From the human T2T-CHM13v2.0 reference genome, Homo sapiens: a stretch of DNA of 64,000 nucleotides. The position numbers were made by a program, and so were the translations under genes. Below the pieces are notes generated by a model. It made no database searches. It was not told the DNA's origin and worked only from the letters and a program-made list of their open reading frames with translations. The stretch lies in assembly GCF_009914755.1 (NCBI RefSeq), contig NC_060947.1; one strand, written 5' to 3'. Below are positions 43,801 through 60,435 of this stretch, piece after piece (position 1 is the first letter of the stretch; each line of letters starts with the position of its first letter).

Positions 43801-46800
43801 CCTTTTTAGATTTTACAAAAAGAGAGTTTCCAACCTCCTGAACCATAACAGAGGTTTAAGTCTGTGAGATGAATCCACACATCACACTGCATTTTCACAG
43901 ATAGCTCGTTTCTAGTTTTCTTTGTGGGATATTTGGTTTTCCACTGTAGGCCTCAAAGGGCTCCTAAATGTCCCTTTGTATATTCTACAAAAAGAGTGTT
44001 TTGAACCTGATGAATGAAAACAAAGATTTAACTTTATGAGATGAATTCACACATCACAAAGCATTTTCACAGATAGATTGTTTGTAGTTTTTATCATGGG
44101 ATATTTGGTTTTTCACTATATGCCCCAAAGGGCTCCAAAATGTCCCTTTGTAGATTCAACAGAAAGAGTGTTTCCAACCTGCAGAATCAAAACAAAAGTG
44201 TAACTCTGTAAGATGAATCCACACATCACAAAGCATTTTCACAGATAGCTTGTTTCTAGTTTTTGTCATGGGTTATTCGGTTTTTCACTGTAGGCCTCAG
44301 TGGGCTCTGAAATCTCTCCTCGTATATGCTACAAAAATATTGTTTCCAACCTGATGTGAGAAAACTACAGTTTACCTCTGTGATGTGAACCCACATGTTG
44401 CCATGAATTCACATGATAGCTTTTCTCTTGTTTTTATTGCTGGTTTTTTGGTTTTTCACTATAGGCCTCAATGGGCTCCAAAATGTCCCTTTGTAGATAC
44501 TAAAAAAAGAGTGTTTCCAACCTGCAGAATCAAAACAAAGCTTTAACTATGTGAGGTGAATCCAACCATCACAACGCATCTTCACAGAGAGATTTTTTCT
44601 AGTTTTGATCTCAAGATAATCGATTTTTCACTATAGAGCTATGTGTCTTCTGAAATGTCTCCTTGTAGATTCTACAAACAAGGTTTTCCATCCCACTGAA
44701 TATAACAAGGTTTAATTCTGTGAGATGAATCCACGCATCACAAAGTGTATTCACCGATAGCTTGTTTCTAGTTTGTATCATGGGATATTCACTTTTCCAC
44801 TATGGGCCTCAATGGGCTCTGAAATTTCCCTTAGAAGACTCTACAGAAAGGTGTTTCCAATCTGCTGAATGAAAATGAAGTGTTCACTCTGTGAGATGAA
44901 TCCACACATCATAAAGAATTTTCACAGATAGATAGCTTGTTTCCAGTTTTTATTGTGGGATATTTGCGTTTCCACTATAGGCCTCATTGGGCTCTGATAT
45001 GTTCCTTAATAGATTCTACAACAAGAGTGTTTCCAGCCTGCTGAATCAAAACAAACATTTAATTCTGTAAGATGTATCCATACATTGCAAAGCACTTTTA
45101 CAGATAGCTTGTTTTGAGTTTTTACCATGGGTTATTGGGTTTTTCATTATAGGCCTCAATAATTCTGAAATGTCCCTTCATAGATTCCACAGAAAGAGTG
45201 TTTCCAACCTGCTGAACCAAAACAAAGGTTTACCTCTGTGAGATGAATCCACAGGTTGCAAAGCATTTTCACATATAGCTTGTTTCTAGCTTTTATCATG
45301 GGATATTCAGTTTTTCACTATAGGCCTCAATGTGCTCTGAAATGTCCCTTCATAGATTGTACAGAGTCTTTCCAACCTGGTGAATCAAAACAAAACTTTA
45401 ACTCTGTGAGGTGAATCCACAGGTCACAAAGTGTTTTCACAGATAATTTGTTTCTAGTTTTTATCATGGGATATTCGGTTTTTCACTATAGGCCTCATTG
45501 GGCTCTGAAATGTCCCTTCGAAGATTCTACAGAAAGAGTGTTTCCAACTTGCTGAATCAAAACAAAGTTTTAACTCTGTGAGATGAATCCATGCATCACG
45601 AAGCATTTTCACAGATAACTTTTTTCTAGTTTTTATCATTGGTTTTTCAGTTTTTCACCATATGCCACAGTGGGCTCTGAAATAGTCCTTCGTAGATTCT
45701 ACAAAAAGAGTACTTCCCACCTGCTGATTCAAAACAAAGATTTAACTCTGTGAGATGAATTCACACATCACAAATCATTTTCAGAGATAGCCTGCTTCTA
45801 GTTTCCTTCATGGGATATTCGGTTTTCCACTATAGGCCTCAAAGAGCTCTGAAAAGTCCCACTGTAGATTCTGTAAAGCAAAGTGTTTCCAATTCGCTGA
45901 ATGAAAACAAAGATTTAACTCTGTGAGATGAATCCACGCAGGATTTTTACAGATAACTTTTTTCTCATTTTGTTGCGGGATTTTTGGTTTTTCAGTATAG
46001 GCCTACATTGCTCCAAAATGTCCCCTTCGTAGACTCTACAGAAAGAGTGTTTCCAACCTGATGAATTAAAACAAAGTGTAACTCTGTGAGATGAATCCAT
46101 GCATTGCAATGCATTTTCACAGATAGCTTGCCTCTAGTTTTTATCCTTGCCTTTATGGTTTTTCACTATACACCACGAGGGACCCCGAAATGTCCCTTTG
46201 TAGATTCTACAAGAAGAGTGTTTCCACACTGCTGATTCAAAACAACGATTTAATTCTGTGAGATAAATTCACATATCACAAAGCATTTTCACAGATAGCT
46301 TGTTTCTAGTTTTTACCTCGGGGTATTCAGTTTTTCACTACAGGCCTTAATGGGTTCCTAAATGTCCCATTTTAGATTCTACAGAAAGAGTGTTTACAAA
46401 CTGCTGAATCAAAACGGAGGTTTAAATCTGTGAGATGAATCCATACATCGCAATGCATTTTCACAGATAGCTTGTTTCCAGCTTTTATCATTGCTTTTTT
46501 GGTTTTTCACTATAGGCCACGATGGGCTCTAAAATGTCCCTTTGTAGATTCTACAAAAAGAGTGCTTCCAACCTGCTGATTCAAAAAAAGATTTAACTCT
46601 GTGAGGCGAATTCACACATTGCAAATCATTTTCAGAGACAGCTTGTTTCTAGTTTTTATCATGGGATATTCGGTTTTTCACTATATGCCCCAAAAGGCTC
46701 CCAAATGTCCCTCCAAAGAAGCTACAGAAAGAGTGTTTCCAACCAGCAGAATCAAAGGAAAGGTGTAACTCTGTGTGAGATGAATCCACACATCACAAAG

Positions 46801-48802
46801 CATTTTTACAGATAGGTTGTTTCCAGGTTTTATAGTGGAATCTTTTTTTTTTTTACTCTAGGCCTCAGTGGGCTCTGAAATGTCCTCTCGTAGACAGAAA
46901 GAGTGTTTCCAACCTTCCAAACCAAAACAGAGGTTTATCTCTATGAGATGAATTTACACATTGCAAATCATTGTTACCGATAGTTTGTTTCTACATTTTA
47001 TGGCAGGATATTTGGTTTTTTACTATTTGCCTCAATGGGCTCTGAAATGTCCCCTCATAAATTACACAGAAAGAATGAAAGAATGTTTCCAATCTGTTGA
47101 ATCAAAAATAAGCTTTAACTCTGTGAAATGAATCCATCCATCCTGAAGCATTTTCACAGATAGCTTGCTTCTAATTTTAATTGTGGGATATTTGGGTTTT
47201 CATGATAGGCCTCTGTGGGCTCCGAAATGCCTCCCTATATATTCTACAGAAGGAGTGTTTCCAACCTGCTGAATAAGAAGAAAGGTTTATCTATGTGAGA
47301 TAAATCCACACATCACAAAGCATTTTCACAGATAGCTTGTTTCCAGTTTTGATCAAGGGATATTTGGTTTTTCATAATAGGACTTAATGTGCTCTGAAAT
47401 GTGCCTTAGTAAATTCTACAGAAAGAGTGTTGCCAACCTGCTGAATCGAAACAATGGTTTAATTCTGAGAGATGAATCCACATATCACAAAGCATTTTCA
47501 CAGATAGCTTTTTTCCACTTTTGATCTCAGGATATTTGGTTTTTCACTATAGGACTTTATGTGTTCCGAAATGGCCCTTTGAGGATTCCACAAAAAGAGT
47601 TTTTCCAGCCAACTGAATCAAAACAAAGGTTTAACTCTGTGAGATCAATGCACACATTGCAAAGGGTTTTCGCCAACAGCGTGTTTCTAGTTTTTATCCC
47701 AAGATATTCAGTTTGCCACAACAGGCCTCAATGGGATTAAAATGTCCCCTAGAAGATTATACAGAATGTTTCCAACCTGCTTAATCAAAACAAAGGATTC
47801 ACAGCATGAGATGAATCCATACATCTGAAAGCATTTTCAGATAGCTTCTTTCTAGTTTTTATTGTGGGATATTCTGCTTTTCACAATAGGCCTCGTTGGG
47901 CTCCAATATGTCCCTTTGTAGATCCTACAACAAGAGTTTTTCCAAACTGCTGAATCATAACAATGATTTATCTCTGTCACATGAATCCACACTTTACAAA
48001 TCATTTTCACAGATAGCTTGTTTCTAGTTTTTACCATGGGTTATTGGGTTTTACATTATAGGCCTCAATAATTCTGAAATGTCCCTTCATAGATTCCACA
48101 GAAAGAGTGATTCAAACCTGCTGAACCAAAACAAAGGTTTATCTCTGTGAGATGAATCCACAGGTTGCAAAGCATTTTTACATATAGATTGTTTCTAGTT
48201 TTTATCACAGGATATTTTGTTTTTCACTATAGGCCTCGATGGGCTGCAAAATGTCCCTTGTTTGATTCTTCAGAAAGAGTGTTTTCAACCTGCTGAATTA
48301 AAACAAAGTTTAGCTCTGGACATGAAACCACATATCACAAAGCAATTTTGCAGTTATCTTGCTTCTAGCTGTGATCATGGAATATTCATTTTTTCATTAA
48401 AAACCTCGATGGGCTCTGAAAGGCCCCATCTGACATTCTACAGAAAGAGTGTTACCTACCTCCTGATTCATAACAGAGGTTTAACTCTGTGAGATGAATC
48501 CACGCATCACAAAGCATTTTCACAAACAGCTTGCTTCTAGTTTTCTTCAGGGGATATTTTGTTTTTCACTCTAGGCCTCAATGTGCTCTGAAATGTCCCT
48601 TCCTAGATTCTACAAAAAGAGGGTTTCCAGCCTGCTGTATAAAAACAAACGTTTAACACTGTGAGATGAATCCACAGGTCACACAACGTGTTGTCACAGA
48701 TAACTTGTTTCTAGTTTTTGTCATGAGATATTCAATTTTTTACTCCAGGCCTCAACGGGCTCTGAAATGTCTCTTCACAGATTCTACAGAAAGAGTGTTT
48801 CC
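34874..48802 (-). repeat. Monomeric alpha satellite
   Basis: Tandem monomers; variant gcattttcacagatagcttgtttc / ctacagaaagag dominates. Confidence 0.98.
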
Positions 48803-52835
<4,033 letters not shown>

Positions 52836-53452
52836 AGAAAGAGTGTTTCCAACCTCCTGAATCAAAATAAAGGTTTAACTGTACGAAATGTATCCACATA
52901 TAGCAAATCATTTTTACAGATAGTTTGTTTCTAGTTTTTATGACAGGATATTCGATTTTTCACTATTTGCCTCAATGGGCTCTGAATTGTTCCTTCATAA
53001 ATTCTGCAGACAGAGTGTTTCCAACCTGCTGAATCAAAACTAAGGTTTAACTCTGTGAAATGAATCCAAACATCATGAAGCATTTTGACAGATAGCTTGT
53101 TTCTTGTTTTGATTGCAGCATATTCAGGTTTTCACAATAGGTGTCAGTGGGCTCTGAAAGGTCCCTTCGTAGATTCTACAGAAAGAGTGTTTCCAACCTG
53201 CTGAATCAAAACAATGGTTTAACGCTGAGAGATGAATCCTCCCATTGCAAAGCAATTTTCCAGATAGCTTGTTTCTAGTTTGATCGCAATATATTCTGTT
53301 TTTTTGCTTTAGGCCTCAATGGCTCTGAAAAGTCCCTTGGTAGATTCTACAGAAAGAGTCTTTTCAGCCTTCTGAATCAAAACAAAGTTTTAAGTCTGTG
53401 AGATGAATCCATGCATCACAAAGCATTTTCACAGATAGCTTGTTTCTAGTTT
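52836..53452 (-). repeat. Terminal monomers of the alpha satellite domain
   Basis: About 3.6 monomers, ending at gatagcttgtttctagttt. Confidence 0.97.
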
Positions 53453-53454
53453 CC

Positions 53455-54068
53455 ACAGTACTGATACATCATAACTCTCCACTAAGCCTCTTCTGACACC
53501 ATCTCATCTCAGCAAGGACTATGAGAATCACTTCATATTTCCTCTGTGTGAATGAGTGGTCTGGCTTCTCACCCAGCCTTCTTTGACACCACCCCAGAGA
53601 GGAGAGGGGAGGTTGGGGAGCCTCACTGTAGCCATTTGAGGGTAGAAGTGTGGGCTCCCTACCCTGTTTGTTGCTAGGGGGGTGGGGGCAGGGCAGCCAC
53701 TGTTTCTTCTTCCATAATGTTTGGCAGTTATTATCTAAAATCTTTCTGTCTTGCTGTCCTGCCCCTTTCGCTATCCTTTAGACAAAGAAAGGCTTTGGGA
53801 GGAGCTTTCTTCTCTGTGTCCATTGTCATTTCCAGGTTGCTACCTTCTCCAGTACCTAGTCTGAGATATATGCACCATAGAGAAAACCAGGGAACTTACC
53901 ACCCTGTTGTTTCACAGGCCCCACAGTCCCCAGCTGGTTGTCTGCCTTCTCAATGACTTTCAGAGTGATGTTATGTGCTTAATATGTATGGTTTAGGGTT
54001 TTCAGCTGTACTAAGTGGGAGGAGTGGGGAGAGGTGTGGCTACTACATCTTATTCCAGAACTAAAAGT
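53455..54068 (-). mobile_element. Probable 5' region of an ancient L1M element
   Basis: The terminal stretch gttttcagctgtactaagtgggaggagtggggagagg...ctacatcttattccagaactaaaagt and internal ctgacaccacccc motifs resemble my recollection of L1MC/L1ME-type 5' ends. Confidence 0.55.
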
Positions 54069-54069
54069 G

Positions 54070-54200
54070 CATAAAATATTTTAAAACATTATTTAAATGT
54101 TTATTGAAATATACTTTAAGTTTAAAATTAAATTCTATTTAATCATTAACATTTAAATATATATATTATATATATATAAAGATATATATGTAAGATTATA
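54070..54200. repeat. AT-rich low complexity with (TA)n
   Basis: Nearly pure A/T; tatatattatatatatata at ~54159-54177. Confidence 0.8.
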
Positions 54201-54307
54201 TTTGGCATTTCTTCCTTTCTAGTAGTGGACACAATAAAGAAGGTTCATTACAGAATTCAGGAGCAGGAGGCACCATCATATATACTGGTTGTAAAGTAGA
54301 GACACTG

Positions 54308-54525
54308 TATAGCAGGCAATGGCACTTAAGAACCACTCATACTGGGTTCAGTGTTCAGCGGCCCCACTTGCTCACCAGTTGTGTGACTTTAGACAAATCC
54401 TGAGACCCTCTGAGCCAACCCATCTCTAAAATGTGGAAACAATTATTTCTTAAAGTATAGATATGAGGAATAAATAGGCTAGTGTATGTATCATGGCTGG
54501 TACTGACCACACGGCAGTGTTTTGT
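54308..54525 (+). mobile_element. MIR SINE
   Basis: Core ctgggttc...ccagttgtgtgactttagacaaatcctgagaccctctgagcc...catctctaaaatg. Confidence 0.8.
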
Positions 54526-55999
54526 TTCATTATATTTACAAAGCAACAGAAAATTTAAGAGACTAGGCCAGCTGGGTCTGCTATTCCTGAACTGGAAGTG
54601 AATGTTTCACTTTCTAGGGGGCACTGCCAGGATTTAAGAGGGGAGCAATTAATTATTCAGATTTCTGTGACTTTGGATTCCAGGCACACTTCAGAAACCG
54701 AGAAATCAGAGGTTCATTGGGTATTACCTTCTCCCTCAACCCAGTAGTTAAAGTCATATTCCCTTTGCCTCAGGGCAATGGGTGCAACTGCAAAGTTAGT
54801 AGAAGACGTTTCTGATTTAATCTTGGTTCACCTCTTTAGGTAATGGGATCCCATGCCTCACCAAAAGCACCTAACATTTCTTAATTTCCATACACAGCCT
54901 CTGAATTGCAGCTTCTATTTACCGCACATCATGGTCCATAATTGTCATACCCTTATCCCGGCTACCTTACTCCTTCTTTTAGAGGAGAGAGAATCTCATG
55001 ATGGGCTAACTTTAACCCAGGAACTTCCCCTGGCTCACTCTGATATTCTTGAAACTCTTTTACGAGGCCCAGGCTTAGAAGTCTCTGTAGGCGGGTCACA
55101 TCTTGAGACAGGACAAGGATATTTTCAAGCTGGCTGTGCAGTCACCACTTCCCAAGAGCTTATAGAATCCAATCTTTTTCCTGAAACTGAATCTTCACAA
55201 GTAACCAAACTTGTAGACCTGATTCCAGCTTGTGATCTAGCAAGGGATGGAAGGGCTAATGTAGACATGGCAGCAGATAAGCCTTTGTTGTATTTTATGA
55301 TTTGGGCATGGTTTGGTAACTACACTTTTCTAGCTGCCTTGCTCCTTTTCCCTCAAATTGAATGTGATTAAGTTTGAAGTACATACTAGCAGACAAACCC
55401 ATGAACCAAAAGGAAGTGTTTTGGTTGGCCACTTTACTGAAAAGGCTGCTCTCACTCATGTTTGATTGGCTCAACAGAGAGGCAATCTGGTTGGTAACTA
55501 TGGATCATTTTTTCAAATCCCTGAGCAAACTTTAATCACAAGCACAAGGTTCTGTACAAATATATTGGGAGAAATCTAGATATGACCCCAAATTAGATGG
55601 ATTATGTAGTCACTAGTGTGACTGCTTGGTCCCTCTAAGCTGTCTAAAATGGATGTTGGCAAAAGATTTGCATATTATGATGCAACACAGTAAACCAACT
55701 TGAAAATTATTCTGCAACATCACTGGTGGAAAAATTTTAATTCAATAGCAGAGGGAAGACCCCAGTTGCACCTGCTTGCTTTTTTCAACTCAGGATTCTG
55801 TAAAAGGACTAAAATTAAGGTTTTAAGAGGATGGTCACACTCTCTGACAGGTGGAGAGCAGGCTATTGCTGGCTAGAGTAGATACTGTCACTTTCCTATG
55901 TCAACAGCCATTATTCATGTCTTACTTAGGATTAAATCCCTCAGTTTTTGCCAGATAGTTTGCTGTTTGGAACAAAATATTACATCCGAAAATGATGGG

Positions 56000-56341
56000 A
56001 CTGATTCTGGGAATGAAGCTTAAGTGAAATTTACTCAACTGAGAAGGGCCCCTATTATCCCTTCTGCTTTACTATTTCCTTCAGGCCCACAGCATTGGCA
56101 TGATGGCTGGAATTCTAGCAGCCGCATTGGACCATGGGAGACCGTGAGTCTTGAAGCCATATGCCTAGGTGTTGAAGAGGAAAGATTGGTGTTTGGGTCC
56201 CTCATACCTCTATGGAGCCTTCATATGTGCTTTGGACTGCAATCTCCACAATGTCTTTATGTAAGGTGGAAAGAGCCCTACCACTTTCAATTTGTTTAAG
56301 CCATTTATTTTGTGCAACCAATGCTAGCCAAAACTGATATA
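56000..56341 (+). mobile_element. MLT1-type (old MaLR) LTR fragment
   Basis: tgatggctggaattctagcagccgcattggaccatg and 3' end tgtttaagcca...aactgatata; left boundary approximate. Confidence 0.7.
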
Positions 56342-56349
56342 AAAGGGCT

Positions 56350-56950
56350 ACAGTGGAAGCAGGAAGTCTGGTCTAGGAAGTTCCTACAGTGATCCAGGCT
56401 AGAGAGAGGGGTGACTTTGAACAAGTGTAATAGTCTTCGAGTTGAGGAAGAGTGATCTGATGCTAGACGTGCTTTTAAGGTAGAGCCAACAGGATAAGGT
56501 CAAAGATTGGATTTAAGGTGAATAATGGTAATGCTGACTCAGAGAGTGGGTATTCAGAGTGGAGCAGATTTGGGGGAAAATCAAGACTTCTATTTTGGAC
56601 AATTCTCTGACATCTTGTAGAAATCCACGTGGAGTTGTTGAGGAGGCACTTACATGTGCCTCAGGGCAGAGGTGAAGTAGGAGATAATGATTGGGTAGTC
56701 ATGAGGTTAGTGACAGCATTTAAGCCACAAGACAGGATGATATCACCTAAGGAGAATGTAGGTACAAAAAGGGGATGGAGATAGGCTCCCAGACACCCTC
56801 ATATTTAGATGTGCAGTGTGGGAACAGATACCAGCAAAGTCAACCAAGGAGGGTCTAAGCAGATGGGCAGGGGAAGAACCAGAGGCAGGGGCTGATAGCA
56901 AAATTAGAGGTAGAAGCAGTCAAGTGGTGCCAAAGAGACTGACAGAGATG
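56350..56950 (-). mobile_element. L2 LINE fragment
   Basis: Purine-rich L2 antisense motifs: gatccaggctagagag, aaggtagagccaacaggat, atcaagacttctattttggac, atttaagccacaagacaggatgatatcacctaagg. Confidence 0.75.
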
Positions 56951-57300
56951 AATAAGAAAGAGATAGAAACAGAAATAGTCAGAGACAAGACAGACAGACA
57001 ACCTCACACACATAGAGAATCAGAGAAAGAGAGAGAGAGAGAGAGAGAATGCAAGAGACAGAGGCAGACAAAATAGAGGCAGAAACAAAAATAGACAGAC
57101 AGACAGACTGCCAGAAATACTGTCAAAGTCACAGACAGAGGCAGGTGGTAAAGGAGAGTCAGAGACAGATAAAATAAACATATGAGGAAGAGAGAGAGAG
57201 CGCACAAGATATGGAAATAAATATAGACAGAGTCAGACAGAGACAAGCAGAGAGAGATAGACAGAGACACACAGAAACTGAGAGAAAGAGGCAGACAGAG
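56950..57300. repeat. GA/GACA-rich degenerate simple repeat
   Basis: (GA)n at ~57028-57047 plus many gaca/gaga units. Confidence 0.9.
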
Positions 57301-57821
57301 ATTCTACTTCTCTCTGACTGCCTGACTCTGTTTGACCTTATCTCTGATTGTATGTCAGGGAAGGTGAAAGAGAAGAGGACGTCATTGTGTGAAACCTGAG
57401 TGTTCAGAATGTAGGTCAGGAAGACACAGAGCAGAAGACTTTCTCTAACCACTTCAGATATTGATTCCAAATCAGCCAATTCCCTTAGCCTGCTAGTCAA
57501 CTAGAAATTGAATGAGGAAAGTGGGATATTGTGAAAGTCCATGAGCAGTCCCCAGTGACCAACAGTTTATAGGTAAAAATTGTTAAATTATTTTTATCAA
57601 GGTAATTGAAGGACTGTCACATTATACAGGACAAGGATAAATCTATTCAGACAATTTACCCAGATGTATTTTGTCTTCCTTTATAACACAAAAAAACTGG
57701 ACTAAGCATATTTGTTAATTCATAAGATGTAAAATTATTATGACCACCAGCAAATGAGACATTGTTTAAAACCCAATCTGAAGCTTTGCAAATAAACTTT
57801 ATTCTAAATTGTTTAGAAAGT

Positions 57822-60017
57822 TTCACAGCTAACATCATACTCAACAGCAAAAAGTAGATTTTTTTTCTCTACAATCAGGAACGAGACAAGAATGCCCACT
57901 TTTGCCACTTCTCTTCAATATCGTAAGGGAAGTACTAGCCAGAGTAGTAGGACAAGAAAAAGAAATCTGAAGAAAAGGCATCTAAATAGGAAACAAGAAG
58001 TAGAATTGTCTTCATTTGCAGGAAACATGTTCTTATATATAGAAAATCCTGAGCAGTCCACCAGAAAGCTCTTAGAACTTATAGACAAATTCAATAAAGT
58101 GGCTAGGATACAAAATCAACTACAAAAATCCATAGCAGTCAGACACGGTTGCTCACACCTGTAATCCCAGCACTTTGGGAGTCTGAGGCGGGTGGATCAC
58201 CTGAGGTCAGGAGTTCGAGACCAGCTTGCCCAACATGGTGGAACCCTGTCTCTGCTAAAAATACAAAAATTAGCCAGGTGTGCATGCCTGTAGTCCCAGC
58301 TACTCGGGAGGCTGAAGCAAAAGAATTGCTTGAACCTCGGATGCAGAGGTCGCAGTGAGCCTAGATGGTGCCACTGCACTCCAGCCCGGTGACAGAGTGA
58401 GACTCTGTCTCAAAATAATAATAATAAGAAGAAGAAATAAATCAGTAGCATTTCTATGCACAGATAATAAATTCTTCAAATAATAAAGAGAAGAATATAA
58501 TCCCATTTATAAGGGAATTTTTCAAATAATTAGGAATGTATTCAACCAAGAATGTGAAAGATGTGTACATTGAAATCTTTAAAACATTGATCAAAAAATT
58601 GAAGAAGACTCACATAAAGGGAAAGATATCTTGTGATCATGAATTGGAAGGATTAATATTCTTTAAATGCCCATACAACCCAAAGTGATCTACATATTCA
58701 ATGCAATCTCTATCAAAACTCAAAGTGCATATTTCACATATAAATAGAAAAAAAACCTGAAATGTATGTGGAATCACAAAAGACTCCAAGTAGCCAAAGC
58801 AATTTTGAATAAGAAGAACAAAGCTGGAGGTGGAGGGATCACATTACCTGATTTCAAAATATGGTACAAAGCTATACTAATCAAGAGGTCGTGGTACTTG
58901 AATAAAAACATACACATAGACCACTGCAACATGTTGTGACTTAATTTTCCACAAAGTGGACAAGAACACATTATGGTGAAAGGACAGTCTCTTAAATAAA
59001 TGATGTTGAGAAAACTGGATATTTATATGCAATGTAATAAAACTAGGCTCTTATCACACATCAAATAAAAAGTCAACTAAAATGGATTAAATAATTAATC
59101 ATAAGATCTGAAACTGTTAGACAACTAGAAGAAAACATAAGGGGAAAGCATCTGTACATTGGTCTGGACAATGATTTCTTGGCTATGACCCCAAAAGCAC
59201 AGTCTCTGAAAGGAAAAATAGACAAATAGGATTGCATCAAACTGAAAGTCTTCTGCGTGGCAAAAGAAACAATCAGTAGTGGGGGAAGACAACGTATGGA
59301 ATGGGAGAAAATACATCTGTTGGGTTAATAATCAAAATATATAAGGAACTCAAAGAACTCCATAGCCAGAAACATGACTTGATTAAAGAATGGGCAAAGG
59401 AGCTGAACAGACATTTCTCCAAAGAAGATATACAAATGACCAATGGATTTTTGAAAAAAAAAATTCCTTTCAACATCACTTACCATCAGAGAAATGCAAA
59501 TTAAAACCACAATACCACCTCACACCTGTTAGACTGTCTGTTATCAAAAAGACAAAAAGATACTATCTGTTGGCAAGGAGAGGGAGAAGCGAACCATTGT
59601 ACATTGTTGGTGGGAATGTAAATTAGTACAGCTACAGTATGATCCAGCAATACCATTTCTGTATGTATATATATGTACAGGCTTTCACTCGGGCTTTATG
59701 CTTTATATACATATATATGTGCATAAATCAATATGCCAAAGAGATATCTGAACACCTCTGTTCATTGTAGCATTTTTCATAATAGACAGGATTAGGTTCA
59801 ACGTAATCTTTGGTCAACTAATGAATGGATAAAAAATGTGAGATATACATGTATATATAGACATATTTATACACACACACAATGGGATATTATTTAGCCA
59901 TTAAAACAAAGGAAAACCTGATATATCTGACAGCAAGGATGAACCTGTAGGCTATTATGCTTAGTGAAATAAGCCACGGACAGACAGACAAGTACTGCAT
60001 GATCTAACTTATATGGG
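57822..60017 (+). mobile_element. L1MA-type element, decayed ORF2 3' half (interrupted by an Alu)
   Basis: Degenerate ORF2 (SSFAGNMFLYIENP..STRKLLELI; [12 protein letters not shown]) continuing across the Alu and, after the MaLR, at 62442. Confidence 0.85.
58137..58436 (+). mobile_element. AluS (Sx-like)
   Basis: ggatcacctgaggtcaggagttcgagaccagc; tail (AAT)n(AAG)n; degenerate TSD aaaaatccatagc / ataaatcagtagc. Confidence 0.92.
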
Positions 60018-60435
60018 CATCTTAGTCCATTTTGTGCTACTGTAAAGGAATACATGAGGCTGCATAACTTATAAAGAACAAAGGTTTGTTTGTCTCATGA
60101 TCCTGATGACTGGAAACCTAAAGGCTGGGCATCTCTATCTGTTGAGGGCCTCAGGCTGCTTCCAGTCATGGCAGAGGTTAAAGGGGAGCCTTCATGTGCA
60201 GCAATCACATAGCAAGACAGGAAGCAAGAGAGACAGTGTGGAGGTGACAGGCTCTTTTTAACAACCAGCTCTCATGGAAAATAATAGAGTGAGAACACAC
60301 TCATCCCTGAGGGAAGGCATTAATCTACTAACATGTGATCTGTCCCCATGATCCTGACACCTCCCATTAGGTCCCACCTAATTGGGATCACATTTCAGCA
60401 GGAGGTTTGGAGGAGACAAAATCCAAGCCATCACA
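60018..60435 (-). mobile_element. MST-type (MSTB-like) MaLR 3' LTR
   Basis: catcttagtccattttgtgctact...atccaagccatcaca; homologous to 62036-62441. Confidence 0.85.

Noticed and set aside
56816-57500. Overlapping ORFs rich in ER/SL dipeptides
   Set aside because: Translations of the GA-rich simple repeat
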